Source: Raillietiella orientalis (lineage: Eukaryota). Taken from it: a DNA stretch of 64,000 bases. Shown here piece after piece: positions 1 through 13,399 of the stretch (position 1 is its first letter; the number at the start of each line of letters is the position of its first letter). The stretch spans positions 2,666,001-2,730,000 of the forward strand of contig JAYWIR010000006.1 in assembly GCA_036172245.1 (NCBI GenBank). The letters run 5' to 3'. The position numbers were made by a program, and so were the translations under genes. The notes below the pieces were generated by a model, which was not told where the DNA came from, made no database searches, and was given only the letters and a program-made list of their open reading frames with translations.

Positions 1-1030
1 GAACTTTAATGACAACCAACGAGGGGTGCATTTTGCCTTGGATGATCTTCAGCGGGGCAAGCATACATGCTCGAGTCACGTCATTTACGTTTTTGAACAA
101 ATCAATATGGCGACAGTTTTGATTGGATAATCCCACGGGTGAAAGTCAAAACCACATTCGTCTCGGTGCATTCATCACTCCGAAGATCAGCAGGATTCCT
201 TTAATGACCTGACTTCCGCGATCGTGGTCGCAATCTGACTGGGGAAGGCATAAGTTGCTCTCGGAATTCTACGGAGCAACTTCTGCAGCAAGCAGAAGTG
301 TCCGTCGGCTTCTTTCAATCTCCATCCATCGTTCCAACCATTATCCTTCCTCCCACGAGAGCAAACTGACAATCCCAGTTCGTTCCGCGACGGGGGGTCG
401 GTGTAAATAGGACTTCGAGGTAGCCTGCTTGTTGAGTGGTATGGGAGCTCAGTGGCTACTCGGAAAGTCATTTTAATGGCTGTCGCGTCAAGGATTCTGG
501 TTTGGGAGTCACAACGGTTTCTTCGTCTAGACAAGTACGAGCAGTGCCTATGGCTGATCGACCGACCTACTTCTTCCACTGCCTCCGTTCGGGGTACTCT
601 CGAAAAAATCTTCTGTCTCCCCACTAACCGAAGAGCATGCGGAGAGAGATGGTGGAGAGCGGGGTTGCCGCCATCATCGGAGGTACGCCCTGGAAGACTT
701 CGTTGCCTACGTGTCCTCCTCTACCACCAGCTCGGAGAATTCCTCAGGAACTCGACGGAGCCGCTCCCGCCTGGTGGCCGCACCCTTGCTGCAGGGTCTA
801 AAGGCAAGCAATGACAGCAGCAAACCGTTGGGGCGGGTGCGACCAAACTTCTGGGAGATCGAAAGACGAGCGAGCCGCCTCATCTTTTTGGGGGAAGGGA
901 CCACACGGCTGTCTGCAAAAGATGAGCACGGGCACAATGGAGTACACGCAGTGTATCATACGACAATCGACCACGGCCCATACAGACCACGCGTGAAGCC
1001 TTTACGTTGATGAAAAAAAAGGAAAAAAGA
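1..1030 (+). mobile_element. Possible highly decayed non-LTR retrotransposon relic
   Basis: FALDDL (AFADD-like, near 30), KDSGLGV (GGLG-like), CLPTNRR and RVRPNF occur in the expected order, with an A-rich end near 1013-1030. The motifs are weak. Confidence 0.3.
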
Positions 1031-1619
1031 AACAGGAATGTGGATTTCGGCAGCATCCTTGCTTCATCTTTCTTTGCCCAACTCAGAGTTTCCCAGAATT
1101 GAATCATCGCCATTGTTAAGTCCCCTCTATTGAGTAGGGGTCATCTAACCAGAAGTGCCGAATTGTTAAACAGCCTATGGGATTATTGCATCCAGGAAGG
1201 GATCACACTCCATCCTTCATGAACCTTGACATCTTCCCATTTTTGAAACTACAATTTAAAGTATCTCAAGGTTCGTACTTTTGTCTCTATCCCATTTTTA
1301 GTTCCCACAGGTACTTTTTCTCATCGAAGGAAGAAGCCCTTTCTCGGTTGCGGTTCCGTAATCCTACAGAAGCGTTGCTTTGACCAGAGGGCAGCGTGAT
1401 TCGAAGATATCCTGGAGAATGAAGGAAACTCCGCTTATCCAGGAACAGATCCCTATGAGCAAAATGTCCTTATTGTTGCGTGCGGGCCTCAACTGGGAGT
1501 GCAACAGGGAAGTAGGCGGTGGACACATTGCGCCACCTTTCGACTCCGAAGTCCCGATGACTTTGAGCCTGCGGGCGGACTTGAAAATGCACGCTGCCGC
1601 ATGTGGAGACTGCAGCCAC

Positions 1620-3390
1620 TCTACCCGCGCTGGCAGTCACGTGGCTGAGGTCTCTGCGCGAGGATATCAGGCGTCAAGGATTCAAATTTCCACGTGGAGG
1701 ATCGACACCGAGAAGAGGGGGTGCGTCGTGGGTTCCGAGCCTCCTCCCTTCCTCTCCCCGGAGGACAACCCTGCTTGGCACAAGGGCTTCGGAAACGGAG
1801 CTGGTTGACACCTGATAATGTCGGGGCGTTTATTTATAAAAAATAAACACATATCTTTCGCAGGACGCTTGCGAGGAGGAACCTGACGAAAACTGGCACA
1901 GAGACCAGCGGGGTTCACTTCGGCAGCCCACGAGAGGGGGAGACAGACAAAAAAGGGAAAAAATAAAACAAGAAACATACAGTCAAAAAAAAAGGAAGAA
2001 GGGGGAGGGGCTCGGGAAGAGATCATTGTCCGCTGGAGAGTGTTCTCTGCATCTTTGCCAGGATGTTTGCAAGATCCTGTTTCAAGACTTCCAGATGGGA
2101 CCATCTTGACGCTATCTTCATGAAGAGGACAGCAGAATGGATGACGTCCCTGTCGTTCTGACCTCTTCTGGCATTGCTCCATGCAGCCACAATCCCACGT
2201 AGGCAGCGAAGTGCTGCTGGGGATGCGACCATCATGAGGGCATCGTGCAGGAAGAGGAGCTTCAAAACGGAGTTGGAGTTGCCCTCAGGGATCCGCAGGG
2301 ATGCGGCAAAGCATCCTCAAAGGGGCCGGAGGGCAACACAATCTACTAGGAGGTATGTGGGGGATCCCCTTTTCCCGCACCTGGCACAGTTTGGTTTCAC
2401 ACACACCCGTGTCCAATCATGCCGGCAGGCGTTGCACAGGAGGCTCCAGTGCAGAGTATCAATGCCGACTCCTGCCACTTTAAGGAGATGAGCTCCAGGG
2501 TCATTGCAGATCTTCCTCTGGAATTCTCAGTAGCACGCTCCAGTGCAAAAGAGCGCGAGGTGAACTCTCGGGGTCGAAGCGTCTGTGAGCTGGCCTGTTG
2601 TCCATTCGCCCAGTCCTCTTCTCCTTCCGGAGATTTGCACAGTAATCTCCCATCTAGCCGTGAAGCTGCTTCCCAATTGTTCCCTAAGGAAGAGCAGTGA
2701 GGCGGCGAAGGAGGTTCTTCTTGCTTAGGCACTCTTCACGGGATCTTCTAGGGTCTCCCGGAGCATGCAGTTGTGGTTGCGCGCGCACAGGAAACGTCGC
2801 ACCTGTTCCGCTTTTGGTTCCTGGATCCTCGCTCACGTACGAACGGTTCCCTGCAACGAGGCACTCCGTTCGCGGGATGGCACGAGATCGATCGGCACTG
2901 GTGGAGGTCGGAATCCCCGGATACTCCTGTTGACTGGCCAGGACTTGAAGGTTGACCCTCCGGAGTCCTTACAGGAATCAGGGAGCCGGTTCCTTGAGGG
3001 GTTCCCCTTTGGTTGTGCAATTGCGCTTCTCACCCTCGGAAGGGACCCTCTATCGAGTATCAGGGAGGCGGTGGATCGATACCACTCCAGTGTCCAAGAA
3101 GTGCACTGCTTCCTTCGAGGAAGCCGTTTGAAGAAATCGAGATGCGTCCCTCCGGGGCTCTTTTTCGAGGGAACAACCAGAGGAGGATCCTTTCCGAGGT
3201 GAAACTAGGAGTGAACCCCCTCCAGAAGGCTCCTCCGGGGAGAATGAGGGAGAGTTTTCCTTCGGAGACAATCGGGGCGAGGGTTCCCTTAGGGGAAACC
3301 CCTTGCAACGGACTCGTCCCTCCGAAGTCTTCCTGGATTCATAGGGTGGTCCCTACTGGTTGTCTCTGAACTTGAAGAGCTACTGAATCC
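1620..3390 (+). mobile_element. tRNA-headed SINE-like element interrupted by a LINE fragment
   Basis: The head (about 1620-1808) and body (about 2893-3390) are homologous to the uninterrupted copies at 28820 and 31560. They are separated by LINE-derived sequence. Confidence 0.7.
1810..2892 (-). mobile_element. 5'-truncated LINE (family A) 3' end nested in the SINE
   Basis: Reverse-complement homology to about 57915-59011 and protein similarity to 9404-9847. It has a T-rich 3' UTR and a terminal TGTTTATTT..AAATAAAC hairpin. Confidence 0.7.
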
Positions 3391-3559
3391 TCAATGGTTC
3401 CCGTCGTGCTCACCCGGCCTCCCTGGGGTGTTTCTCGCAACCCATGACTGCGCAGAGGCAGTGGTAGGGCTGCCGCTCCTACCACGTGGTCCGCTGATCG
3501 AAGAACCTGCCGAGAGGACGGTACGCAGACGGGAGAGGATCTCTTTGACAGCAGAGGAG

Positions 3560-3690
3560 AGGTGGGCAGACGAAAAGGAAAATAAAACAGAGAAAACTCT
3601 GGGGAGAGTTGCATGCTTTCTGGAGTTCTCTGCATCCGCTCGAGAATGCCGGCAAGTTTGGGTTGAGCGCTTCCCAGATGGGGCCATCTA
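3560..3690 (-). mobile_element. Short 3' fragment of LINE family A
   Basis: ggagttctctgcatccgctcgagaatgccggcaag...ttcccagatggggccatc resembles 2036-2105, with an adjacent A-rich stretch on the + strand. Confidence 0.5.
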
Positions 3691-5639
3691 CGGGGGCGAA
3701 CGGTCCTTGAAGAGCCCCCCCCCAAAAAAAAGAAAACTTGAAAGAAAAAGAGAAAAAGAAAAAAATCTGAGAAGAAGAGAAAAGAAGCTGGAAGAGGAGA
3801 CAGCGGAAACAGATGTACGCTGCGTCGAGGGATGGTCCAAGGACGTGCTCCCTTCAGCAGACGCGTGAAAGCGCGGGAATTCCATAAGCCGCAACTTTCA
3901 GCAAGCTCTTCGCGCGAGGGAGCTCTGGAGGTTTTTGGTGCGTCAAAAGTTCGACCTCTGCTCCAGCCAGCAGGCGATTCTGAAGGGCTCACGGGCCGTT
4001 GAGCGAGAAGGGAGGATCGTTTACAGGGGTTCCCTTGGATTTTAAGCGCTGGGACGCGCGCCCGCCGGAGATGCGTTCAGATAGAAGGGAAGATGAGCTC
4101 CAAGGACCACGAAGGACCAAGAATCCCTCCGGGAGTGTCGAAGAATCCAGCAGCATTCTCCCAGGTGGCAGCCGTCGAGTTCATCTCGCTGCTGGCCGCA
4201 GCCCTCTCTCTCTCTTCGGCGAACGCGGTCCTTCAAGGAAGATCTCTTCTTGTTTCCCGAATGCTTGGGAGCAGTGAGTGCCGTAGAATAACAAATCGCT
4301 GCGAGAGTCCCTGGACCAACAGTGCTTTGCCTTCCGATATTCTCGGTTACAGCTGCTGAGTGCTTTCTAGCTACCCATTTTCCCGAGTTACTTCTTTGAT
4401 CTTCATTGCTCGGCTGATAAAAGCCTCGAAGGGACCCCGAAGTGAGATTTGCCATAACTACGCGAAATCTGAACCGATGGTGGCGTCTTGGGACTCTCTT
4501 CTCTCGCACGGAAGCGGCACGGGCTGAAAGCCGTCGTCACATGGTCGTCAGTCAGTCCTGATCCTCTACTTATCATCGGAGGCGAGCAGCCGACATCTAA
4601 ACCGGGATGTGGAGGTGCGATGAAGTCCTGCAAGTGCGAGGGAATTCCCGTGGGAGCGTTCCGGGGAGAGACGGAGGGACCAAGAACTTCCGAATGCGTC
4701 AACTGGAAGCATGGCGTTGCAGCGGCTCCCGGAATCTTCATCTCGAGATCGCATTCCGGCTCCCGAGCACCTCTGATGCTTGGCAGGTGTTTCGAGGACA
4801 AGCGAAGGAGTCAACCGCGTCCCAGCCTTCGCGGTGTTCCTCCCTTATCGCTGGCCCGGAAGAACGGTATTGCGATGATGATCCCGGCGTTTCTCAGCTC
4901 TAAGGTCGCCGTCCCTCCATAGGAATTTCGGCGCTGGTCTGTTTCGGTTGCTTGCTTCCCCAGGCTCCCCCTCTGCAGGAGGATCCCGTGAAGTTCGCCC
5001 TTTCCGCAGTCCACGGCTTCAGCGTGCCACTTGGGTCTTTTGTAGTAGTTGAGTGAAACAATGATCCCGAGATGAGAGTCTCCTAGCTACTGAAGAGCTG
5101 CTGCGCCTCCTGTGGTAGTGATGATGTGGACAGGGAAGAGAAGAAGTAGGAGGAGGACGGTACTTTTCGTATGGAGCCATCCACTGGGTCTTTCGACCCC
5201 GACCCTTTCACTTAGCCCGCGATCTGCCTTTCAGGGTCGCCACACACCTCCGACAGAGCCTTATTTCCTCTGGTCCCATCCGGGCACCGTTCCTAATCCT
5301 TTGCGGGCTATAGCGTCCACTGCCTCGTAAAGCGTTCTTCAGCGAACCCCAGGAGTTTGGGCGGTCTCCATGAACTACGTAAAACGTCCGAGGACCGAGA
5401 ATCTTCCTGTTGCCTATGTGAGTATTTCAAGCTCTTCGCCATCGAGAGTCTTCCCATGAGAGGTGTCGAGCTTGGCTAACGTGGAAGCCGTTGTCGCCTT
5501 GTGAAGAAGAACCCTCAGTTCTATTGCAGGCCCCAATGGATTCGTGCAACTTGATATGACGGACTTGCCTGCAGCAAACTTGTGGACGAGCCACGGCAGC
5601 GTCAGGTGGGCGATTCCTAACGAAGAGTCGAGTTTTATT

Positions 5640-6570
5640 GTTCATATTTACAGGAGACTACAGGAGGGGGTCTGAACATTCTTCCTCAGTTCTTCCTCTG
5701 TTCATGTGGGGGCTCTCGTCGCCCCTCATCATGTTGCTTCCTCCGCTTCCTGTCCTCCGCATGGTGAGAGCTGACCGCTGGGGTTCTCCGGCTGGTTGTC
5801 GCCTTTCCGTGTGATGTGGGCTGCGTGAATATTGCTGGAGTTCCGGATGCACGAAGCCACCATGCAGTGTCTCATTTTCATGAATTGCTTCTTCGGAATT
5901 CCTGAATCTTGTAGTGCGTTTACATTTCCCGGCTCCTTGGCTCCCAGAGAGCAAACGATGAATGCATGTAACTTGCGTTGCTTTTCCTCTCTGCCCAGCT
6001 GGAGGGCTACTTGTATTTCTCCTCTTTGTTTCTTCTGGCCGTGCTGAACGCCTCTTCCATTTTCATATGGGCAGCGGACGTCCAGCATCAATACCCGGTT
6101 TTCTTTTACCATTAATTAATTTGCTCTTAGGAGTGAATTTGTTCCTGTTACTCTCTGGTTACTGGAGTCAAGGGTCAGTTCTGCTTCATCCGCGGTGGTC
6201 CTCTTGGAAGCAATGGCTTTATGTTTCTCTGGAGATCTCTCATCAAATGTGACATCCCTTTCTTGTAGTCTTCCTTGGTCTTCCTTCCATGGAGTGCATT
6301 CCTGAAGTTGTCCTCTGGCTGAGCCAGAGAAGAATGTAAAGTTCCATGTTCTAAAGCAGCACGTTTGTTTGCCGAGTGCCACACACTGTCGTGAGCATCC
6401 CCAAAATGACACCACTCATCTGAAAGATTGCCAACGTCAGAATTCGGAAGTCCAGTCCGAGGTGACCTGTGGGGCCAATCTTGCTTTCTCCACTTTAGGA
6501 TGGCCATCGTGATCCCGAACAGGGCTGTTCTGAATCTTTGGGAGTTGATGGCCTCCATCCGAGCCATCCG
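5640..6570 (-). mobile_element. Degenerate RLE-type non-LTR retrotransposon 3' end (NeSL/Utopia/R2-like)
   Basis: LLRAN*LMVKENRVLMLDVRCPYENG...FIVCSLGA...MVASCIRNSSNI matches the restriction-like endonuclease pattern RPD...DV..PFE...GSLG. The region is frameshifted. Confidence 0.7.
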
Positions 6571-7479
6571 AACGGATTCCGAGCTCAGACCAGGATTAGA
6601 GTCCAGAGCGGAGACAAGGGCGAATATCCATCAACGACGCCAGAAGGGGTCTAACAGAAGGAAGGCAAGTGGGGAGGACTGGCTCTCCAAAAAAGCGGCA
6701 AGAGACATCAAAAACGTGTTTGAGGTAGGTCCAGAATCTCAAAAATCCGAGAAACGCCGGAGCACCGAGAGAAACGGAAATTCTGGAAAGGCAGTGCAGA
6801 CTACATCAAAGCAGGAAGGGTGTGCTCCAACATCGAGTATTTACCGGGTGCTCATCAACTGTGATTTCTTCCTCCGCCTTTGCTGAAGGAACCTTCAGGA
6901 ATCACTCGTTGGAGGGAAAGGTCAGGATCATGAAAACTTCTCTCTTCGTGAGTGCCTCCTTCCCTTACACAATGCGCGGCCGAAAGACCGCAACGCGAAG
7001 GGAGCGGCTTTACTATAGCGACCTCTTCCGTGGGGAGGAGAACGAGTTGTCAACCGGGTGATCAGGAGCATTTCTTTCATATAAAAAAACTAGACAATTA
7101 CAGAGATTGTGGTTGGGCCGGTGGCCCAACCACGTCCTTTTCAGATCTAACCTGACGCGATACCAGTTCGCAGACCGGTGAGGTACACTATGGCAGCAGA
7201 GGGGAGGGGATACAGAAAGAAAACGAAATAAAGAAAAAATAAACAAACGAATTAATCAAACAAATTCGGGGAAGGGCGGGAGGAAGGAAAACGAGTGGAC
7301 TTGAATGTAGAGCGTGCCAGCATCCTGCACAGGATGGAGAACGCGAGGGACTACCGGTGTGACTTTTTCTTTTTTCTCTTTTCCCTCCCTTCTCCACATA
7401 CATGGTCGTATGCATTTTTTTCTTTTCTGCATTTGGTAACTCTTTCCTTCCCTCTCTCAGGAGACCTTCTCTGGTAAGT

Positions 7480-8400
7480 CAGCTGGCTTGTCTCCAGCTC
7501 AGCAGGATTTCTGTGGGAACTTTGCGCACCTCCTGCGCATTCCATCACTTTCCATTTTCGCTCGTTCACCTCTGAAAGTTGCGGTGAACTCTCTGGAGCG
7601 GTCCGGAGAGACAACCCACGGGAGGCGCTGAGCTAGGGGAGAGCAACCATCGCATCGCCCCGCGAAAGCCAGGAACAAAGGGGTGACCAAACTGGTGCTA
7701 GAACCCCCCTTCCCGCTCCTTCGGGGGCACAGAATGCCATCCAGCTGCTGTCCTTTCCTACGCGAAGACAAAGCGTTCGAAAAGAGACATGTCGCTGGCT
7801 TCCCGTGCCTTCCGGGGCTCTTGGATCTCGTAGGTTGAGGCGTACGCACCAGAGGACCAGCTGTGCCTTAACCTCAAAATTTCTGCTGCCTTCGGTGTTC
7901 CCTGGGCTCACTCTGGAGCATCTGTAAATCTCTTTGGCTGGAAGGTCAGTCGTTCTTGTACGTCCTGCTGCTTTCCCTCACACAGCATTTCTTGATTTCC
8001 TCGCTCTTTTTCAGGCAGGTTTGGCTTTCTGCTGATTGAACTGGCACAAAAGGAGCTGATCGAAGCTGTGGAGTCAGAGAAGGTCTGGAGAAGGGCTGCG
8101 GTCCATATGCTTCGAAATGGTCACCTATCTTGGCGACCACCTCAGGGCGTTTTGCTCCCAAGATGCACGTGAGCATCCTGCAGAGCGTGCACCCTCTTGC
8201 ATTGTGTGGAAGCATTTTTGCTGCATCAGAGCCCCGAAATCTGCAACAGTGCGGAAGGAGGCTGTCAGTCGCCTTTCGCTTCTAGATGATGCCGGGAAAT
8301 GAAGCGCACGTGAAGAGAAACCAACATTGGTCTCATATGAGAGCTCAGAAAGGACCGAAAGCTTTTGAGCACATGGAGGCACAACTGCCTCGTGGCAGCC
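7480..8400 (-). mobile_element. Decayed LINE ORF2 relic (pre-RT/domain 0)
   Basis: EVKAQL followed, in another frame, by RSKSPGRHGKPA resembles the EV..KSPGxDG motif. Confidence 0.35.
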
Positions 8401-8689
8401 TACGCAGATAAAGTTTATCCTGGTACTTACTCAGTGGCGTTTTTCTAAAGAACAAACTACGAGTAAGAGGGAAAGGAGAGATCCCTTCAAAAACGAAAAA
8501 TGCCAAAAAAAAAGACTCGCAAAAGACTCAAAAAAGTTCATCTCGGCTGACAACAAGCACGCAAGCGGACTTCCAAGACGTAGGCAACGGAGGAAAGGAC
8601 AATAAATAGATAGAAAAAGACGGGAGGGTGCAAACAGAGGTCTTTGGTTGGAGACATTCCTTTCCTTCTAGAAACAGCTCTGGACGGTG

Positions 8690-9900
8690 GCGATCTCCTT
8701 GGAGACTTATTCTGGCAAACGAGGCCACCTGACTGCTGTCTCCATGAGGGCTGCTGCCATGCTAGTGGCCTCCATTCGCTGCAAATCTAACTACAACACG
8801 TGTCGGTTTGTCATTATGGCGCTCATCCAACAGGTTGTTGCCATCACAGCGTTCTTCTTCAGTCAGTCTCCTGTAAAGAAGCGCCGCAGCATGTCCAATG
8901 CGGTATCCTGGGGTCGACGGAGCACCGAAGAGTCTCCATCACAAGTCCTTGAGGGCACTGCAGTCCAACAGGAGGTGCGTGAGAGAGAACGCATAGCCTT
9001 GCACCTCGAACAATTCGGGGAGGCCATTCCTCCGGAAACTGTGTGTCTGCTCTGGCTGCACTGGAATCCCCTGTGAAGGAACGGCAGAACATTCCGTTTC
9101 CACCGGTGAAGGAACACATAGGTGTCCACACACAAGGGTGGGACCACGAGTTCTTCGGAAGGCACATCAAGCAGGACACAGGGAGGCCCCGAGTCCTCCT
9201 GAAGGACTTGTGCGCTCCGCATCGCGGCGGAGGCCTCGACCTCCCGACTCTGGAGCGCCTGAAGCAGCAGCTTCAGTGTTGGACTATTACCCTAGTGGAG
9301 AAAGTTTGGAGCTCTTTGGTGCGAGCCCGCACGATACCTGGTCAAGCAAGCCACCGTCTACGCGGGACTGTCTTCGTTTCTGGCGCGGCGGCGCAGACGC
9401 AACGTGTCCCGCTGCGAGCTGGAACTCCGGCGGGTGGCCAAGCTGACCAGGACCAACAACTGGATCTTCTGCCGGTCCACGAATGATACTGCCTGGTTGC
9501 AGGAAACTGTTCTCACAGGGACCAAAAACAACGAAGCGAGCCCGGAGAAGCGGCAGCGACTGCTGCACTCCTTCTACAACAACCGCTCGCTGCAGGACGT
9601 CATCGTGCAGCCCACCGCGTATGCGTGGGCGCAAAGAATCTCCCTAGCCACGTCACTGCCCTTCCTCAGGAAGCACCTGGGCAGTAACCAGCTGCCGAAA
9701 TGGGTGGTTAGTTGCGAAATCAGTCAGAAGAGGAAGGAACTAGGTGGTTGGACAATGGACCAGCTCACGATGCTGCGACCCCAAGAGCCCTACCGAAGTG
9801 ACTATTGCGCTAGGGTGATCTGCTGGAAATCCTACAGCTTTTCATAATAAACGTCTAGGCGTGACCGGGTGATAAACCAAGCAAGCCACTTCACTGAGGG
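8690..9900 (+). mobile_element. Degenerate LINE family A ORF2 C-terminal region (RT thumb onward)
   Basis: Contains an RYLGV-like motif (MRYPGVD, near 8898) and LCAPHRGGGLDLP (GGLGLP-type). NNRSLQDVIVQPTAYAWAQRISLATSLPFLRKHL...KRKELGGWTMDQLT aligns with NNKRTLREILEDLAKSAWEESTIFLAAALPSLRKHM...KRRALGEWTTGQLT at 57977-58249. The region is frameshifted. Confidence 0.7.
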
Positions 9901-9929
9901 AATTCCTTTGCTCGAAAGGGAGGAGTGGC

Positions 9930-11480
9930 GGCGTCCACTAACTCTCTTGAGGAGTTCCTCGACTCCTGCGATGATGTAGGACAACGTCCACTCCGCCACT
10001 TGGCTGTAGTCATTGTTTTCCCTGAGGGCAGACAGCGCTGCAGCAAGGGGTGTGATGGCTATCGGGAACTGTGTCCAATCCTGCAGGAGATCTCCCAGTG
10101 GTTTGCGTAGGAGTCTCTGCAGCTATTGCAGTTCCTCTGGGAGCATTTCTGACCCAGGACTACAGAGTTTCCTTCCACCAAGCGTTCTAGTTTATGGGTT
10201 GGCAGGAGATCCACCTGTACACTAGAGGTAGTAAGGAGAAATACCTTAGGGGGTAGCCAAATGCGATCCTGTAGCATAGGTTGCGTGGCAGCAGAAGTCC
10301 TGAAGTCCAGCTCATCGCCGGAGAATGTGGTATGCCGGAGCACACCAATGGGAGTTTATCCCTGCAGAGATAGACAAATCCAGGAAACATCCGGAAGACA
10401 TTCTTTCAATGATGCTTCTGTTGTTTGGGTGTGAGGATACCAGAACAATCGGTTCGTGCATTCTTTCAGCCATAGGGTTCGTAGAAGTGTTCTCTGAGGA
10501 ACGGAGGGCTCTGCTCTGTCGCTGCGATATCAGCAAGAAGACGGAAACGCTGCTCCGCGTTACCGGTGGGTCATCAATCTCGAAATTTCGATCTCGTCCA
10601 TCCCTTTCTGATCCAGAGGGCTGACCTTGTTCCTCTTCGACTCTGAATCACGAGAACCCTCAGCACCTAGAGCAAGCGGTGCGTCCTTTCAGGCTTCCCG
10701 TCTCCGGACAGGTCTTCCTCCTGCTCTCATCGACGTCTACCGCACGGTCATCTCAGTTCACGAAACCGCATTCCAGAAAAAAACTTCCTGCAATCTTTGG
10801 TGCTGTCGATCCCATGTTTGCGGATTCCATCGTTATTAATCGTGAGGGACTGGATTTGCTAATGGATAAACTGATTGATTTCTGGCTCCTCGTGACCGCT
10901 TTCGAGCCTTCGATTCTATTTTTGGATGCAGCAGCTTAATGATTATTTTCTTCGAAAGATTCTGTCTACGTCCAGTATCCAAAATGTGTGGGTTTTTTTT
11001 GGTTTGTCTGTTGCGCGGGGAGGGTTTTGAACATCTGACGGACTTCCAGGCGGGGAAGAGTCAGCTTAGTCGACCGGGTATACGGGAACATCCGCATAGC
11101 AGGTCCCAAGGCAGAACTCATGGATGGCAGCACCCAGAAGTCCCCTCATCCGTTTCTTGCTGTTGGACGCTTTCGAAAGGCATCTGAATCTTGGAAGCTG
11201 CCAACGACTTTGCTTTTGAGTTTCGCCAACGATAAGTGCGCAGCGTGCCAACCTTCCACTCATCGAGCGAGCAAACGTGAAACGGAAGAAGTCTCGGTAT
11301 GAATCAGGGTTACCAGTAGCTCGAAGAGCCCGAAGGTTCTTTTCAAGGAAGGATCGCTTTCCATTCTTCGCCGCAGAGCGCGAACAGCAGCCATTAACGG
11401 CAGAATGTGTGACACGGTGGTGCTGCGTTTTCTTGGAACCACACGCGTATGAGCTCTTCAATGAAAAGAGGCAGTGTAGA
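9930..11480 (-). mobile_element. Decayed CR1/L2-like reverse transcriptase relic
   Basis: Ordered remnants: LISQRQ..TSTNP (QxGF..ST), CFLDLS, EGNSVVLG (QGSVLG) and SYANHWEI (YADDxKI). Confidence 0.45.
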
Positions 11481-13399
11481 GAGCACTCCAGGGTTTTTAT
11501 TCTGTTTTGATCATAAAAATATAATTAATCTGGCCCGATCTGGAAGCCGGACACAGACGCGTGTTGGTCATCAGAACCTCCGTGGGGGTAGGAATCTCAG
11601 TACGCGAGGTTCGGTTCGTAGAGGTAATTTTCGGTCTTCATCAGGCAAATGATGAGTAGCACCTGCATCACTCCGTAGATGTCAGCGATCACCAAGGAAG
11701 AACTGTTCTCGTGTTGCACGGCTGCCAAATGCCCTCCTGCAAGACAAGTATCAGTGCAGTCACATCCAAGAGCACTCTGACTCTCTTGAATTATTTCATT
11801 TTCCTTTGTTCTTCTTTCCCCCTCCCCAATCCGCCTCCCAAAGAAAAAGCATCATTTTCTGAAGGATCGTGCAAATTTTCCCATGAGTGTCGGTTGCCGC
11901 AGAAGCGGCGCGGTCACGTGAGCTGTCAGCATTTTTTTTCCAGATCCACATTTGAAGAAAGAAAAAAAAAAAAAAAAAGGGGCAGTTTAGGAACCGACCG
12001 TGCTCCGGGTGACATGCATCGGTCGGAAACGACGCAAGATCACCTCCCCCTTCCCCGAAATATCTCGAGCGTTCCCTGGGATTCCGGAAGCTGTTCTCGA
12101 AATTTTCGTTACCGCCGATGGACTCCAGATGCTTGAGAACCTAGTCGAACCGCCGTTCGCCTGCCTCCCCGTCCTTGACCGAAGAATCTCTCTTGCTTCA
12201 GAACTCTCTGCGCGTTCACCCTTTCCAGGAGCCTATGGCAAGCACCTGTCGTTTCCGCGAGGTTCTGATAAACCAGGGATAGGCAACCGTTTCGCCGCGG
12301 CATGTTGACGCATCCCCTTAGACCGACAACAAGGTGGATGCTTGCGAAGCGCGGCAGCCACGACGTCATTCCCATTAACAAAGGATGATGCAAACTTTCG
12401 AGTCCGTGTCATCATGATGCTTTCAGAAACTTCTTCTTCCGAGAGGTTCTCCACAGTGGTCGAAAGTGCTCCCTTGCTCCAATGGCTTCTCGCACAAAGA
12501 ATTTAGAACCACAGAGCGTTTGGGGTGAGGGCTGGCATTTTGCGTCCGCCGCCCGCATGAGCCCTTCGAAGCCGGTCCACTGCAGTAGGGTGTGATGGAG
12601 CTGCTTCTCAGTCAGTCCATAAATTACGAGACACTTTGGTGGTATTCGTGATGATGCTTCCTTTCGACGAATCGCCTGCGGAAGTCGAGACGGACGAAAC
12701 CAGCGGCATCCCAGAGTTCGATCATCTTCCTAGATGCACGTGTGTTTCTTTGCAATTGCCCCAGCCTCCACCGCACATGCGCTGAAGCACAGCGCTAAGG
12801 CACAAGCGCGTAATTTTTAGGTTTTTTCTGTTTTTTTTTTCAATCACGTGGTGCAACCGATGAAGAGGGGTGTTGCTGCCCGTGGTGAAGGGAAGTGCCG
12901 CTCGAAAAGTTACAAACGCGGACTACGCTGAAAAATCATCTTTGCTAGTCCATGTAAATTAAGCTGGTGGTTTGGGATCCGCCTCCGGCACCGCCCAGGG
13001 ATTTCATGTGCTTCCGCGACTCGTCCTTTCGTCGTCTGCCTCGACCAGCCCGCTCTCCTTGGTGGCAGCGCGCCCCTCATTCCCCATGAAGCTGGCTGCC
13101 GCCGATCCCACGACCCGAGAGCGCCGGGTTTTCCTCGCGGTGGACCACGTGCGGTCCGCGGTTCCTCCGCAAGACCTCCGAGGGAGGGAGGGAGGGAGTT
13201 CCGCTTTCCGCGCCTCCCGCGTCCCGTCATCCTTCCTCTGCGCACCTTCCTCCTTGCCTCTTCGTTCTGTCTAGGCAGACACTCGAAATGGAGGCTTGGG
13301 GTTTCCCGACGGCACCGGATCCTCGCGCCCCCGGACGCCTCCTGCCGCGAGACGGAACTGACTCAAGAGGAAGGGAAGAATTTCGGGGCGCGGTCGTCG

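Noticed and set aside
5087..5109. Possible terminal Dpr exon (acceptor ...ctaccacAG|, giving VVRG-GAAALQ*)
   Set aside because: It is only 7 codons with faint resemblance to the GE.PAAMQ motif and has no hydrophobic GPI/TM tail. It cannot be distinguished from chance without transcripts.
12100..12480. NLSEEEVSESI..RK..GND as an RT domain-0 remnant
   Set aside because: It is a single weak motif without downstream RT motifs.
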